The position numbers were made by a program, and so were the translations under genes. This document shows, one piece after another, positions 11,067 to 23,865 of a stretch of DNA of 64,000 nt. The DNA is taken from the NCBI RefSeq assembly GCF_964188315.1, contig NC_135673.1, forward strand, positions 27,838,001 through 27,902,000, written 5' to 3'. The stretch comes from Podarcis muralis. Its lineage: Eukaryota. The notes below the pieces were generated by a model. That model saw nothing but the letters and a program-made list of their open reading frames with translations, was not told where the DNA came from and made no database searches. Within the stretch, counting starts at the first letter, position 1. Every line of letters begins with the position of its first letter.

Positions 11067-13428
11067 GTACATCCCTTTCTCTTTCAAATGCTTAAGTCAG
11101 AGGTCACAAACATGGTGACATTGAAGTCTTCCCCTCGTCCCCACGAAGCCTCTGCATCTTCTCCCTTCACTGCCCCCCCCCCCCCGGTCATGAGGCGGTG
11201 AGGATGGTTACTTCTTTCTCCCTTGAATGCATAGAGCTGAAGGAGGAAATTGCAAAAGTGATACTTTCCAATTTTCCATTTCAGCTCTATGAGCTTTTAA
11301 AAGCTCAGATTAATTCTACCACTTTTACCCAGATTCTTTGGAAAAGCTACTTGCATGTCTGCTCGCTTTGTTGCTTTCTTTCTTTTGGGCAGGGTGGCAG
11401 AGGGACTGATTGGGGAAAAGGAGAGAGAAGGAACCAGGGGAAATGGCACTCACAACATGAAAAATTCAAATATGCCTAAAGAGTTTGTTGACTCCTTATT
11501 TAAGCTGTTGACATTGCTTTTCCTGTTCTACATGATACTATTACCGAACTGAGACAGTCACCTATACAGTTGTTCTAGACTGTGCTTAGCAATAAAAGTT
11601 GCTCTGCTAGGCATCCATTTTGACATTGACTCTTCTAGGAAATAACTTGACAGCTTGTGTTCCTTCATAGCACAGAAAGGGTATCAGAGGGGAATAAGCA
11701 TAGATTAACCCAAACTCTGTTACTGGAGAGGTATCATAGTTGTGGAACTCTAACTCTATTTATGCAAAGCACAGTGGTTGCCAAATTCTCTTCCCAGGGA
11801 CTTAGAGAATTTGATCGGTCTTTCAAAGGAGCTTGGTGGTACTTGTATCTTGCACCAAGTCTTGAGCATCATTTATCATTATGTGCTAGTTTACACATTT
11901 AGCTGAATAGACCAGAGAAGCTTTTTTCTGGATGCTATCAAATCAGACTGGTGATGGTGGAAAGGGAATTGACATGTTTGAATGGTCCCCCATCATGGGA
12001 GGAATAAGTACTCATTAATGAGAAATTATGATGGCAATCAAATTTTGCACATTGACAGAGGCTGGTTCCTTTAAGGTGGCATTTCTGAACACTCTGGCAT
12101 GTGGTTATGTTAGTATTTTAATAGGTTGCACTATGATTAAAAAATCGAGACATCCTATTGATGGCTGGTGCTTAGCAGGGAAGCATAATGAGATTGATTG
12201 TTTCAGGAATCAGTGATGATCTGCACACAGGCACTTCACTGGGAGGATAATTGGTGCTTTGCTGCTCAGATTTTCAATTTCTTGAAGCCATGAGCAATCA
12301 GTGATTAGGAGTCTGTCTTTGCTGTCAGTATGCTCAAAAATGATGTAAAAAGCAGGATAACGCATTTATAGTAGGAATACATTTTAAAACTTTATTTTAT
12401 ATAAGGTGCATTGAAGTGAACAGGGAAATGTCAAGAGAATAATAAGCATTGCAGTTTTGGAAAGCTCATCACTTGACAAAAGAGAAGCTTCTTGAAATAC
12501 AGTACCAGACACAGAACCCAATTTTATGCAAGCATGGAAGACCACCTGCTCTGCATACAGAAGGTCCCAGGTTTAATCCTTAGTATGTTGTGGCGCCTTC
12601 CAGATGTTGTTGGACTACAGCTCACATCAGGCCTAACCAGCACAGCCAATGGCTAGCAATGATGGGAACTGTAGTCAAGCAATGTGTGGAGGGTACCACA
12701 TTGGCTAGTGTAGACCATGCTGAGCTAGATAGTGAAATAATCTGACACGGTATAAGGCAACAGTATAAGTTTACTTTGAAGTAAATCTGACTGAGTTCAT
12801 TGAGGCTTACTCCCAAGTCAGTGTAGTTATGGTTTTAGACTATGGCTGTGATCCTATGAGCATCTATTTGACAATATGTCTAATTTAACTCAGTGGGACT
12901 TCCTTCTAAATAAACTTGCATAAGATTGGGATCCATGTCTGATGGAACCACGCTGTTCCATCTCCCACAGTAATACCCATGGCAAAAAAACAACAACCAA
13001 CTTATTAATGCTAAGCATTAAACCAGGGGCTTGAGAAGCTTATTGTGTGTAAACATCCTGAATTCTATCCATTGTGATAAAAAAAAGAGCTTCCCACTCT
13101 TTTGCCTATGGGAAGTTAAAGCTAAATTATTCAAGGTGTTGTGTTGCCTTCCAAAATCCATCCATTTACAGCAGGACTGGGAAACCTGTAGACCTCAGAT
13201 GGTTGCTGGACTCCACCCCTACTACACCTGACCATTGCCCAAGCTAGATGGGGTTGATAGAAATTGGAATCTGGTGACATATGGAATGCCACGGGTTCCT
13301 CAGCTCTCCTAGATAGGCATCCTCTGGATGCTGTAAAATTTAAAAATCTCTGGTTATCAAATGAGAGAATGAATGTGAGCTGTGAATAACAGCTTGAGGC
13401 TGAAATTTGAGTAGCTCTGAGATAGCAG

Positions 13429-13809
13429 GTAAAGGTAAAGGACCCCTAGACAGTTAATTCCAGTCAAACTTGACTATGGGGTGTGACACTCATCTCCACT
13501 TTCAGGCTGAGGGAGCCGGCGTTTGTCCACAGACAGCTTTCCGGGTCATGTGGCCAGCATGACTAAACCGCTTCTGGTGCAACAAAACACAATGACAAAA
13601 GCCAGAGCACACAGAAACCCTGTTTACCTTCCCACCACAGCAGTACCTGTTTATCTTCTTGCACTAGTATGCTTTCGAACTACTAGCTTGGCAGGAGCTA
13701 GGACAGAGCAACAGGAGCTCACCCCATCATGGGGATTTGAACCACTGACTTTCCGATCAGCAAGCCCAAGAAGCTCCATGGTTTAGACCACAACAGCACC
13801 AACTCCTTT
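13429..13809 (+). mobile_element. Sauria SINE (older subfamily), full length
   Basis: 13-bp TSD tctgagatagcag at 13416-13428 and 13810-13822. Confidence 0.88.
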
Positions 13810-14885
13810 TCTGAGATAGCAGAATGGGTGGTCAGTTCTTTACTTAGTTTTTCCTCATACTGGGCCTCAGCAATGTAAATCAATAAAGAAGAACAGAGCA
13901 GGGGGACGGCTTGCTTTGAAATGAGTTGGAACTTTCTGAGCTTTGGTGGGGGGAGCTTGACCTGAGGAAGGAGAAGTAGGTAGCATGTGGTAAAGAGCCC
14001 AACCAGTAGCAACTGATGTGCAGAGTGTCTTTATGCTGAGGTTCATGGGGGCTTCTTTGAACTCAAACAGGGCTAGCCCTACTATAGGGCAGTGTGTGTA
14101 AAATGGTAAAGAGGATAAAGCGACTTTTGATTACATACTGTAAACCAGCTCATAGATTTATGCATTTTACTTTACAGTAATAGAGTAGAAAGGCTTGCCG
14201 CAAGTGGGTGAATGATGGACAGTTCTGCTAAGAAGGAACCATTTCCATAACAGCATCATGTCATGCCTGAATAATATCACCTGATACTACAATATATTGT
14301 TTCATCTCCCATCAGAACAGCAGATCTTTAAACTTTCATTTTAGAAAGTAAGGTAGTTACAATCTCATTTAAAGGCCGTCAACACTGACCAACATTTCCA
14401 TTACTGCTAAACACATTGTTTTGTCCTTGACCTTAGAGTTATTGTACTAAAACAATGCAATTGACTCTTTATACTTAATGGCAATAGCATAAGAAAATAT
14501 GTTTTTGCATTTTGCTTAACGTTATGGATAATGGCTTGTAAAAAGTTTGCTTCAAGTCAGTATCTCCCTTTGAGTAATGTCTTTTAGATTATGATTCTGT
14601 AAGTAGGGACTGTCCTGTTTAAACTGATTTTATCCCAGCCATTCTGCAAGCCTTCTTGGCTGAGCACTGGGTTACAAATGCTCTAAAATAAACAAACCAA
14701 GGAAATAAATAAATCTGAAAGGTCTTTAAAGCTGAAGAATGATGAATGCTACTGCTTTTCTTATGGTTTAATTGCAGTCCAAAGTCTATTAGGTTGCAAG
14801 TCTGTAGGCAGCCCATAGACATTACTTAATTATGGTGTTATGAGTTTGTGGGTGCCAGAACACTATAATCCTTGGATTCAGCATG

Positions 14886-15410
14886 TGTTAGAATTTAATT
14901 AAGGCTTGGTGTGCTAAAATGAGTGCTAGTCTTAAAATATAAGCCAGGCTAGTTTTCTGATGAGGTATTAACCTGGGGTGATAAGCTATTAAGAAAACAA
15001 AGGCAATGGGCTATTAAGAAAGCAATGATCAAAGGAGGATCAGTACTAGATGGCAAATGGATAGGGGCCCCTCCCTCAACAGATAGAGCAATGTGAGTTA
15101 GAAGCTTAGAATAGACTTAGTTATGTGACAGAGAACCAAAGCAGCAGGCAGAGCACAATGTTTGATGTCTGTTTGAATCCAAGGCTGCACCTATGGGAGA
15201 AGCAAGGTCCTATTGGGGCGTTAATTCTGCAAAGCCCTGCTTCGGACACTCAGCTTGTATATATGTGTCAATAAACCATATATCCTAAAGACACAACAGT
15301 CTCCGCTTGCCACGTTTCCAAAAGGAAACAAGGATTCTTGGTGAGAGCATGGAACCCCTGGAATTTCACTGCGCTCAGAGATTGGAGTGGCGTAGAATTT
15401 CTGTACCACT
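14886..15410 (+). mobile_element. Putative solo LTR (Gypsy/ERV-like)
   Basis: Starts tgttag, AATAAA at 15270-15275, LTR-like composition; right end and TSD not resolved. Confidence 0.35.
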
Positions 15411-15933
15411 CAAGATATAAAAATAACAGAGCAGTGTATATTTAAAGGCTTGGACATTTTAATGATAAATGATGATGATGGAATAATTTAACCACGACTT
15501 GTTTGGAGCTGTTCACAAATTGACGCTAATTTAAGCCAGATATTTATCCATCTCTTTCAGGCACTTGACAGGCTCAGCTGCTTAGGAATATGAGTTATTT
15601 TAAATTTGATGAAAAAATGAGGTTGGGAGCAACAGAACATACTCTTGACTTCTCTGTTAGATCCACACTGTCCACTTTGTTAGGTTCGCTTGGCCGTCCG
15701 CAGACAAATGTTGAAAACATGATAGGAAAAGCAGTTGGAGAGGACTTGGGATTCTGGTCCTCTTCTCCCCAGCATACACTGAATGCCTCTGAGAAATTCT
15801 TAAAGGGATGGGCATAGTTGAGCACGTTCCTCAAACTTTTTTGGACAGAGTTGAGCATGTTCCTCAAACTGTTCTTCTCATTCTTTTTAAATGACAGCAA
15901 ACTCTTTCTTCTTCTTTGTTTCTGGAGAAATAG

Positions 15934-16133
15934 TGTTTCAGAAAGGACAGGCAATAGACACGGGGGAAATTGAAATTGGAGTTCAAGTGATTCAAGCCAT
16001 TCTTCCAGGCCTCTTCTGGCGTTTCCAGATTATGATCCATCACCCAATGTACCTGAAATTTAATGTTTCTCTGGCAAAGGACTCACTTTTCGGGATATAT
16101 GGGAGACGCAATATTCCCCCTACTCACACACAG
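15934..16133 (+). CDS. TENM1: Teneurin-1 exon ([16 protein letters not shown]...[14 protein letters not shown])
   Basis: tag acceptor 15931-33, CAG|gtattt donor, 200 nt, phase 1-0; contains the teneurin [11 protein letters not shown] motif. Confidence 0.95.
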
Positions 16134-16136
16134 GTA

Positions 16137-16137
<1 letters not shown>

Positions 16138-16181
<44 letters not shown>
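16138..16181. repeat. (TTAC)11 microsatellite
   Basis: Perfect tetranucleotide repeat starting at intron position +5 after the 16133 donor. Confidence 0.95.
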
Positions 16182-16183
<2 letters not shown>

Positions 16184-18400
16184 TAAAAGTTAGCTATTTC
16201 AGAAATATATGGTGTTCACTATTAAGTTGACTGCTGTTAACTTTCCTTCTTAACCTCCCTTGACAAATACATTCCTTTATCAATTTAGGCAAAGAGAAGA
16301 AAGTTCTCAGTTTTTTGTTATTTTTGTACAAAGCACAAAAGGTCACCAAGCATATAGATGATGTCCCACAATGTTTGTTTGTTTGTTTTTTATGTCAGCA
16401 ACCTGATTTGCCAACCCTTGCAAGAAACAAGGTACAGAGGTGACAAAGGAACTACTCTGTTTGTTAGCAGGCAGGAGTGATAGAAATGAAAACATTCAAC
16501 AGAAGCAAAATCAGTGGCAGTAAAACCAATGGTAGCAGCAGCAGTGGCATAAATTTGGGGGGAGCGAGCTGTAAAGACCTATGAGGGCTGCGTGTAGTGC
16601 ACCAGCTGCACAGCACTGAAATACAGACATCCTGCACTTCAGGGTGTTGGACTAGATTACTCTCATGGTCCCTTCCAACTCTACAGTTCTATGATTCTAC
16701 ATTTAGTAACATGGAATATTCTCCCCAGAGGTGTACTGCCATAAGTACATGCTCTAACCACTGCACAGCCACATTTTGATAGCTAGAGGAAGTCCTTCCA
16801 GAAAGAACAAGATTTGGCTTTGCCTCTTATTGCAACATTTACTCAGTTTTCCAGTTGCTCGTAGAAAAAATAACCTCCTCATGCATGAATTGTCCAGTCT
16901 ACTGAGCGTGTTCTTTCATCCTTAATGGGGTCATGGACCCCACTTTGCAAACTCTGTTCCATGCATAATGGCATTATTTGTACATAATAATAGGACTGTG
17001 GGACTGAAAGGAAACTGGGCACTGCATACTACCACTCTGGTCCCACACAGTCCTTCCATGTTGCAGAAGAACAGGAACTTGCAGAATAATTCTTTCCAAA
17101 GGTTTTAATGTTGAGATTGGTGTGATACTTACACAGATTGCTGTAACAAACAAAAACAATAACCCCCAGTTTAAGAGGCCATAGATAGGCTAATTAAACA
17201 AAGGCCTGGGAAAAGAGGAAATATATGTAATGAGGGTGCCAGGCGAGCCTCCCTGGGGAGAGCACTCACAAACTGGGAGCCACCGCAAAAAAAACGCCTG
17301 TTCTTGTGTTCCCACCCTCCAAACTTCTTGTGGAGGAGGCACACAAAGAACAACCTCAGCTGGTGAGTGCAGGGTCCAAGATGGTTTACATCAGGAGAGG
17401 CGGTCTAATGAGAAAGGGGAAAATACTCTCCCTACATATTTTTCGACAGCATGCATAATTTTATAAACCTCTAATATGTCCTTCCACTTATTTGCCTTTT
17501 TCTTGGAATCTTTGCTTGGCCATGGTGTGTTATGTATGGGGGTGGGGGGAGAGAGAGAGAAGGGGGAATTGTCAGCATGGCACTGTCTACTCTTCAAGAT
17601 CTCAGGTAAGAATCTTACCATGGTGGTTGTTTGAGATTGGTGATGCCTGGAATTGAACCTGGGACCTTCTGCATAGAAAGCATGGGCTCTGTTGCTGAGC
17701 TGTAGCTGCCCCCTAAAGATGGGAATGTGTTACTTTACTCAGATCTCTGTGTTTGACGGCAAGCTGAGAAGCTCACCCGAAAGAGTGTTGCTTGTTTGCT
17801 AAGTGCAATTACCTACAGTTTGAGCACAAACCTGACAGCCAGTTAAAGCACTTGTTCAGGTTCTTGTAATTACATCCATGCTTTGATTCCAGTTAGATCA
17901 TTGGTGTCGCATTTACAGAGAACACTAAAATAGCTTTTTAATTACCTAGTCAACACTCCCCCAGTCTGTTGCCCACAAAATACTTTGGACCTCAACTCTC
18001 ATCAGCCATTTCCAGCATGCTCAATGGTCAGGAATTATGGGAGCTGTAGTCTAACCATACCTGGAAGCCGTGTTTTTTTTCCCAGGAGACACTCAAGGGT
18101 ACACAGTACCCACACCTCTTTTGTTGGTTGTTAAAAAGTGTAACATTTACTGTAACTACTTCATGGTGAGTACCAGCACCTATTTTTCTAGAAAAAAGCA
18201 CTGTCTGGAAGGCACCTGGTTGTGGGGAAACTGATCGGGGGCGGTGGGGACATATTGGTTTTGGAACCAAATTCAGAATGAAAAACTATGTTGGTTTTAG
18301 AAATAACTTTGAAGGGTCAAAAGCAGTTAAAACACACACACAACCATGCATATAAAGACAGGATTCTATCTAATCATGTTTTTTATTTTTGCTGTTTCAG

Positions 18401-18611
18401 TTTGATTTTGTGAAACTGATGGATGGGAAACAGTTAATTAAGCCAGAATCAAGACATTCGGAGGAGTCTCAGCATGCTCCTAGGAATCTGATCTTAATGT
18501 CCTTGCAAGAAACTGGTTTCATAGAATATATGGACCAGGGAACTTGGCACTTGGCATTTTACAATGATGGCAAGAAAATGGAGCAAGTGCAAGTGTTGAC
18601 AACGGCAATTG
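18401..18611 (+). CDS. TENM1: Teneurin-1 exon (FDFVKLMDGKQLIKPES...WHLAFYNDGKKMEQVQVLTTAI)
   Basis: tttcag acceptor, G|gtaaga donor, 211 nt, phase 0-1; TENM1-type FDFVKLMDGKQ and LAFYNDGKKMEQV. Confidence 0.96.
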
Positions 18612-19755
18612 GTAAGACCACTTGGTTTTGTCTTCCTCCTCTTTCTAATGAAGGATTTCATAGATTATTGAGCCATTTCTTGTATTGGACATATATGATG
18701 ATAATTATTAAATAGGTTCCTGGATTCTAGGAAGCATGGGCTGTTTTGGAGTGGGTCAGTTCTGAAGCATAAACAATACAAGCTGAACTAAATTGGTGGT
18801 GAGGGGATTCTCATTAAAAGCCACGTTCTAATTTTTCTTGTTGCAATGAGTGGTGAAAATTATTAATTATTATTATTTATTAAACTTACTGATTGCTTTT
18901 TTATTTACAAGCTATAACACATAGATTAAAACCAGCATAAAACTAAAACAGAGTAACATCTAAAACTCATTCAAATTTCATTTTTTTAAAAGGAAAATAA
19001 AATCCTTAAAAACGATATTCCTTCTGTTAAATGTTATAAATCAGGGGTATTCTTCAAGAATATTCTCCATCAAGAACCAATCGGTTGCTTTACAGGATTC
19101 ATTTCTGTGATTGGCACTTTTGAAGAAAGCTGTTTGCATTGTAGGGCAAATCTGTAAATCCCCTAAAAAATTAAACTCATGTTTACAATATTGCACCAGA
19201 GTGGTGTGTTTGGTGATCTTGAACGCATTTGCTTTTCCAGGTCAAATTCCATCACTGATTGCCCCAAAATGAGGGGGGGTTTTAGGGGGGGCTAAATCTT
19301 ACAGAAGTAGGATGTTTATCTGAAATATACAAATGACAGACATTGGAATGCTCAATGAAATGTACTATAGAACTCTTATTTTAAACAAAACCATAAAATG
19401 AAGAAGAGACAGATTTGAAGTGCAATGGGGGTTACTCAATAAATACTTAGAATCTTCAGATGCTTTACACAGTAGGGAATTTGATATGAATTCTCAGTAT
19501 AAAAACTTCACATTGTATTGCAGAATGAAATACCTATTGTTCTAAACTGTCAAGGCCAAACCTAATACAGAATAAGTTGTTTGAACAGATGTTTTATTTC
19601 AGGTTGTGTATGAATACAGTGAATGTAATTGGTTCCCCACTCATCTGAAGGTTGAGTAATACCACTTGAATGGTTGTGCTGCATCGTTGCCTCTCATTTC
19701 AGAAGTGGTTTGTTCACTTTGTTGTTATGCTTTTCTTTTCTCTTTGTATGAACAG

Positions 19756-19857
19756 AAGTCATGGATGACTGCTCCACTAACTGCAATGGGAATGGAGAAT
19801 GCATTTCTGGGCACTGCCACTGTTTTCCAGGATTCCTTGGTCCAGATTGTGCAAGAG
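19756..19857 (+). CDS. TENM1: Teneurin-1 exon, EGF1 ((E)[33 protein letters not shown])
   Basis: aacag acceptor, G|gtagag donor, 102 nt, phase 1-1; six-Cys EGF repeat; absent from the ORF track in this frame. Confidence 0.95.
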
Positions 19858-20134
19858 GTAGAGATTTCTCATTTATATATTTGAAGTAGAAGAAAAGACA
19901 AATAAATAAATATCATTTTTCTCAGCTTGGAGCTTCAGCAATGAAGCAGCTCGGGCTTAGGTGCTGGAGGCTCCACTTCTTCCTGACTCTCAATCAAGCC
20001 TAGATCCATGCAGGTGTTTCTGTGCATTTTCCCCTCCTCCCATGTCGCGTCACATGCAACTAGCTGGACTCATTGGCAGCAGCTCTGTACTTCCTGCCTG
20101 ATATGCTGTTTCCTCTGTTCCTGTAGCTCTAGGG

Positions 20135-20373
20135 CGTGGGTAGGCAAACTAAGGCCCAGGGGCCGGATCCGGCCCAATCGCCTTTTAAATTCGGCCCGTG
20201 GACGGTCTGTGAATCAGTGTGTTTTTACATGAGTGGAATGTGTCCTTTTATTTAAAATGCATCTCTGGGCTATTTGTGGGTTCATTCCCCCCCCAAAAAA
20301 ATATAGTTCAGCCCCCCACAAGGTCTGAGGGACAGTGGACCAGCCCCCTGCTGAAAAAGTTTGCTGACCCCTG
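20135..20373. mobile_element. hAT (Charlie-like) MITE
   Basis: TIRs cgtgggtaggcaaact / agtttgctgacccctg; 8-bp TSD ctctaggg at 20127-20134 and 20374-20381. Confidence 0.8.
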
Positions 20374-20546
20374 CTCTAGGGGATATGGAGGCAGAAATCC
20401 TTCATAATATACCCTTCATGATTTTGAAGCAAATAGCGGACACTTCCACTTCCACTCATCAGCATCAGATGTTTATCAAACATACATTGAGACAGTAGTG
20501 ACTGCATACCAAAAATGGTGGGCTGATCTTTCACATGCAAAGGGTA

Positions 20547-20907
20547 AAGGTAAAGTTAAAGGTACCCCTGCCCGTACGGGCCATTCTTGACAGACTCTAG
20601 GGTTGTGCGCCCATCTCACTCAAGAGGCCGGGGGCCAGCGCTGTCCGGAGACACTTCCGGGTCACGTGGCCAGCGTGACAAGCTGCATCTGGTGAGCCAG
20701 AGCCGCACACGGAAACGCCGTTTACCTTCCCGCTGGCAAGCGGTCCCTATTTATCTACTTGCACCCGTGGGTGCTTTCGAACTGCTAGGTTGGCAGGCGC
20801 TGGGACCGAACAACGGGAGCGCACCCCGCCGCGGGGATTCGAACCACCGACCTTTCGATCGGCAAGCCCTAGGCGTTGAGGCTTTTACCCACAGCGCCAC
20901 CCGCGTC
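20547..20907 (+). mobile_element. Sauria SINE, CpG-rich variant subfamily, full length
   Basis: 13-bp TSD catgcaaagggta at 20534-20546 and 20908-20920; variant head ggtacccctgcccgtacgggcc. Confidence 0.88.
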
Positions 20908-21564
20908 CATGCAAAGGGTACCTCCAAATAATAAATATAAGGAGCACTCCCCAAAGCCAAGCTAAGTATCTGATACAGACGCATCATGACCAGACTGTTA
21001 ACAGAGAGAAAAATTATTCCAGTTTATGGAATAACAAAAATGAGAATAAAATGAAAGGATTGGATAGGAAATAGAACGTGAAAAGCTGAAGCAGGTACGC
21101 TAAATGGATAGTAAATTTGAGAGCAAAAACAGATGATAAAAGGTTTGAGGGGGCCTTCAACAAGATGGGCTCTCAGCTCCAAATAGTGTTGCTCCAGAAG
21201 ATTGAGGGCAATTTTCAGTGGCAGGTGTCTCTCAGACCTATCAGCCTGCCACAGGAGTAAGGAGCAGGGCCACCAACTAAGGTGAGCCCTCTTGGGCCTC
21301 CTGCTGCTGCTCAAGAATACCAAGTGTTGGCACCACAAAGTGTGGGGTGGGGGGAGAATCATAGGCTAATAGAATTGTAGAATTGGAAGGGGTTCATCTA
21401 GTCTAAACCCCTTGCAGTGCAGGAATCTCAACACGCAGTTCCTCATCCAATTTAATTTGAAACCATACTGGACCCTGCTTAGCTTTGTAAATGTGCCACC
21501 ACTTTTATTGCGGCACCAAATCCTATATAGATCATTAACACTCAAATATGTTTCTCCTCTACAG

Positions 21565-21759
21565 ACTCCTGCCCAGTGTTATGTAGTGGAAATGGAGAAT
21601 ACGAAAAGGGCCACTGCTTGTGTCGCAATGGGTGGAAAGGCCCTGAGTGTGACGTTCCAGAAGAGCAGTGCATTGACCCCACTTGCTTTGGCCATGGAAA
21701 GTGTATCATGGGAATCTGCATTTGTGACCCAGGATATAAAGGAGAGATATGTGAAGAAG
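21565..21759 (+). CDS. TENM1: Teneurin-1 exon, EGF2-EGF3 ([18 protein letters not shown]...GYKGEICEE)
   Basis: ctacag acceptor, G|gtttgt donor, 195 nt, phase 1-1; EGF2 has Tyr in place of the third Cys, leaving the unpaired Cys used for teneurin dimerisation. Confidence 0.96.
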
Positions 21760-22849
21760 GTTTGTGCCTCTTCTTTCTCTTACTGGCTTTCTTTTCAATG
21801 GAGCTGTAGCTGAGAGGTAGACTACACATGCTTGGCGTGCAGAAGGTCCCAGGTTCAATCCCAAGCATGTCTAAGTGGGGTTGTGAGTACCCTCATCTGG
21901 AATCCTGGAAAGCCACTGCCAGCCATTGCAAGCAATACTGTGTAGTCCATTGGTCCAACTAAGCAAAAGGCAGTGCCAACAGTTTAAAATTAAGAACACA
22001 TCACTCTGCAAATCCAATGCCCACAAAAAATCCTGTTTCCTCTACCACCTCCACCAATAATACTTTATCTTTCAGAGGAATGGCAGAACCTTATTTGTAA
22101 TGTCAAAGCCTATTTCTCTGTTACAGAGAGATTACAGTAGTGGTACTGACATAGATCAATTGGACATGTCTTAACAACAGAAGCTTGGAGAAGGATATTA
22201 GAAATGGCTGATAAATTCTCTTTATGCCTTAACCCTAAAGGAAGCTCAATATAAACTGATGTGCAGATGGTATATGGCCCCTCAAAAGCTGAATGGAATC
22301 TACAAAGTAAACTCAGTTGTTGGAAGTGTGAATTGATAGATACTGATTTTGTGCATACAGCAGTCATGTCCTTAAGTTGGTAGATACCAGGATGTGCACA
22401 ATCACAAGATTTGTTGTGTATCTAACATTTGGAAGCAGCCTGATAAGTTTCAGATCTGCTGTGTGTCATTCTAGTTCAATTTATTATTTGGTTCCAAATT
22501 TGATCTGTTAAATTTGAAGCTCTTTTTTTGCCTCTATTGATCACAATAGGGAATCTGTTTTGAAAAGCTATAACTCCCCCCCCCCCTTTTCACACAAGTG
22601 GATTAAATTATCATGAAAAGTTGCCCTTCCAGAGTGGATAACACCTGCTGAATTTCAGGAAGATGGATTCAGCGATTCTCCCACAAGGGCAAACTGAGTT
22701 AGGAAAGTTAAAATCATATCCACTCCACTGTTTTCTTTTTCTGGGAAATCAATTTAAAAACTGGGAAATGGCAGAGGCACCCAGAGTAAGAAAGCTGCCA
22801 AAGTTCAAACAAATATGTCTAGGGGCATGTTCTGCTATTGAACTATGAT

Positions 22850-23180
22850 CCAGGGCCATCTTTGCCATTCGGCATAGTGGTGTGGTGAGCCAGGGTGCCA
22901 AGCTGTGGAGGGCACCAGGCGCTGCATTTCATTAGTGGAGCCGATGCCAGCGGGCAGGCCCAGGCGTGGCCACACCAATCGGCAGCCCCAGCAAGCGGGC
23001 CCAGGCACACACAAAGGGAACGCGGAAGAGGGAGCTTGTGAAGATGGGGACGCCCAGGAGCTGCCTCCCTTCTCAGAAATAAAAATAAAATAATGGGGCA
23101 CCGCCAAGGAGGTAATCACATTTTAATGGTAGGTCTTTATTTAGGGAGCCTGTCTCAGGCGTGCCTGCCTGAGAGTGAGC
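22850..23180. mobile_element. GC-rich non-autonomous DNA transposon remnant (Harbinger-like)
   Basis: Starts cagggccatc; similar cagggccggccc-type ends at about 26769, 30935 and 8590-8628 (-). Confidence 0.4.
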
Positions 23181-23519
23181 CTCCCTGGAGCCCTGGGGGG
23201 CTTCCTTCAAGTAAGACACGCAGAGGATCCGCCTCTTCTCCACCAAACACCTAACCCCCTGCCCAAGCATCACCTTTCTACACCAGCTCAAAGTCTGTCA
23301 AAGGCGATATTCTGTTTTTTTACTGGGAATATTTGGGGTGGCTATGCTGGATGGCTGGTTTTTAGAAAGAATAAAAATCATGAATAATATGAATGCATAG
23401 AACCGACTGTCTCTTGGGAGGAAGAGGCGGGGGAGAGAACAGAGTTTGTGATCCTAGCTGATCGCCTTTGGATCTGGAGAATCTTTCAGCCTTCTCTCCC
23501 CCACCCCACCCCACCTTCC

Positions 23520-23865
23520 CGCTAGAAGAGAGATCTAGGAGAGAAAGAAGCAGAAGAGATAAATTTCTTCAAACTGAGGTTTGAACGGGACATTTAAAGC
23601 AGAAGAACACTCTTTTGCAGAGGTGAATTTGATAATGCGTTGAGTGAAAATGACCTGGAGGAGGGAGGCAAAGCTTGCCTCCCAACACAGATCCACTGGA
23701 GATTTTCTTTGGCGGCTGAAGCTTCTTCCTCTTCCGATTCTGCCTCCTAGCCCCTCACCTCTGCAAAAGAGCGTTCTTCTGCTTTACATGTCCTGTTCAA
23801 ACCTCAGTTTGCAGAAATGAATTTATCTCTTCTGCTTCTTTCTCTCCTAGAACTCTCCGCTAGCG
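23520..23865. repeat. Long inverted repeat: ~107-111 bp arms, 128-nt spacer
   Basis: 23520-23626 is the near reverse complement of 23755-23865. Confidence 0.9.
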
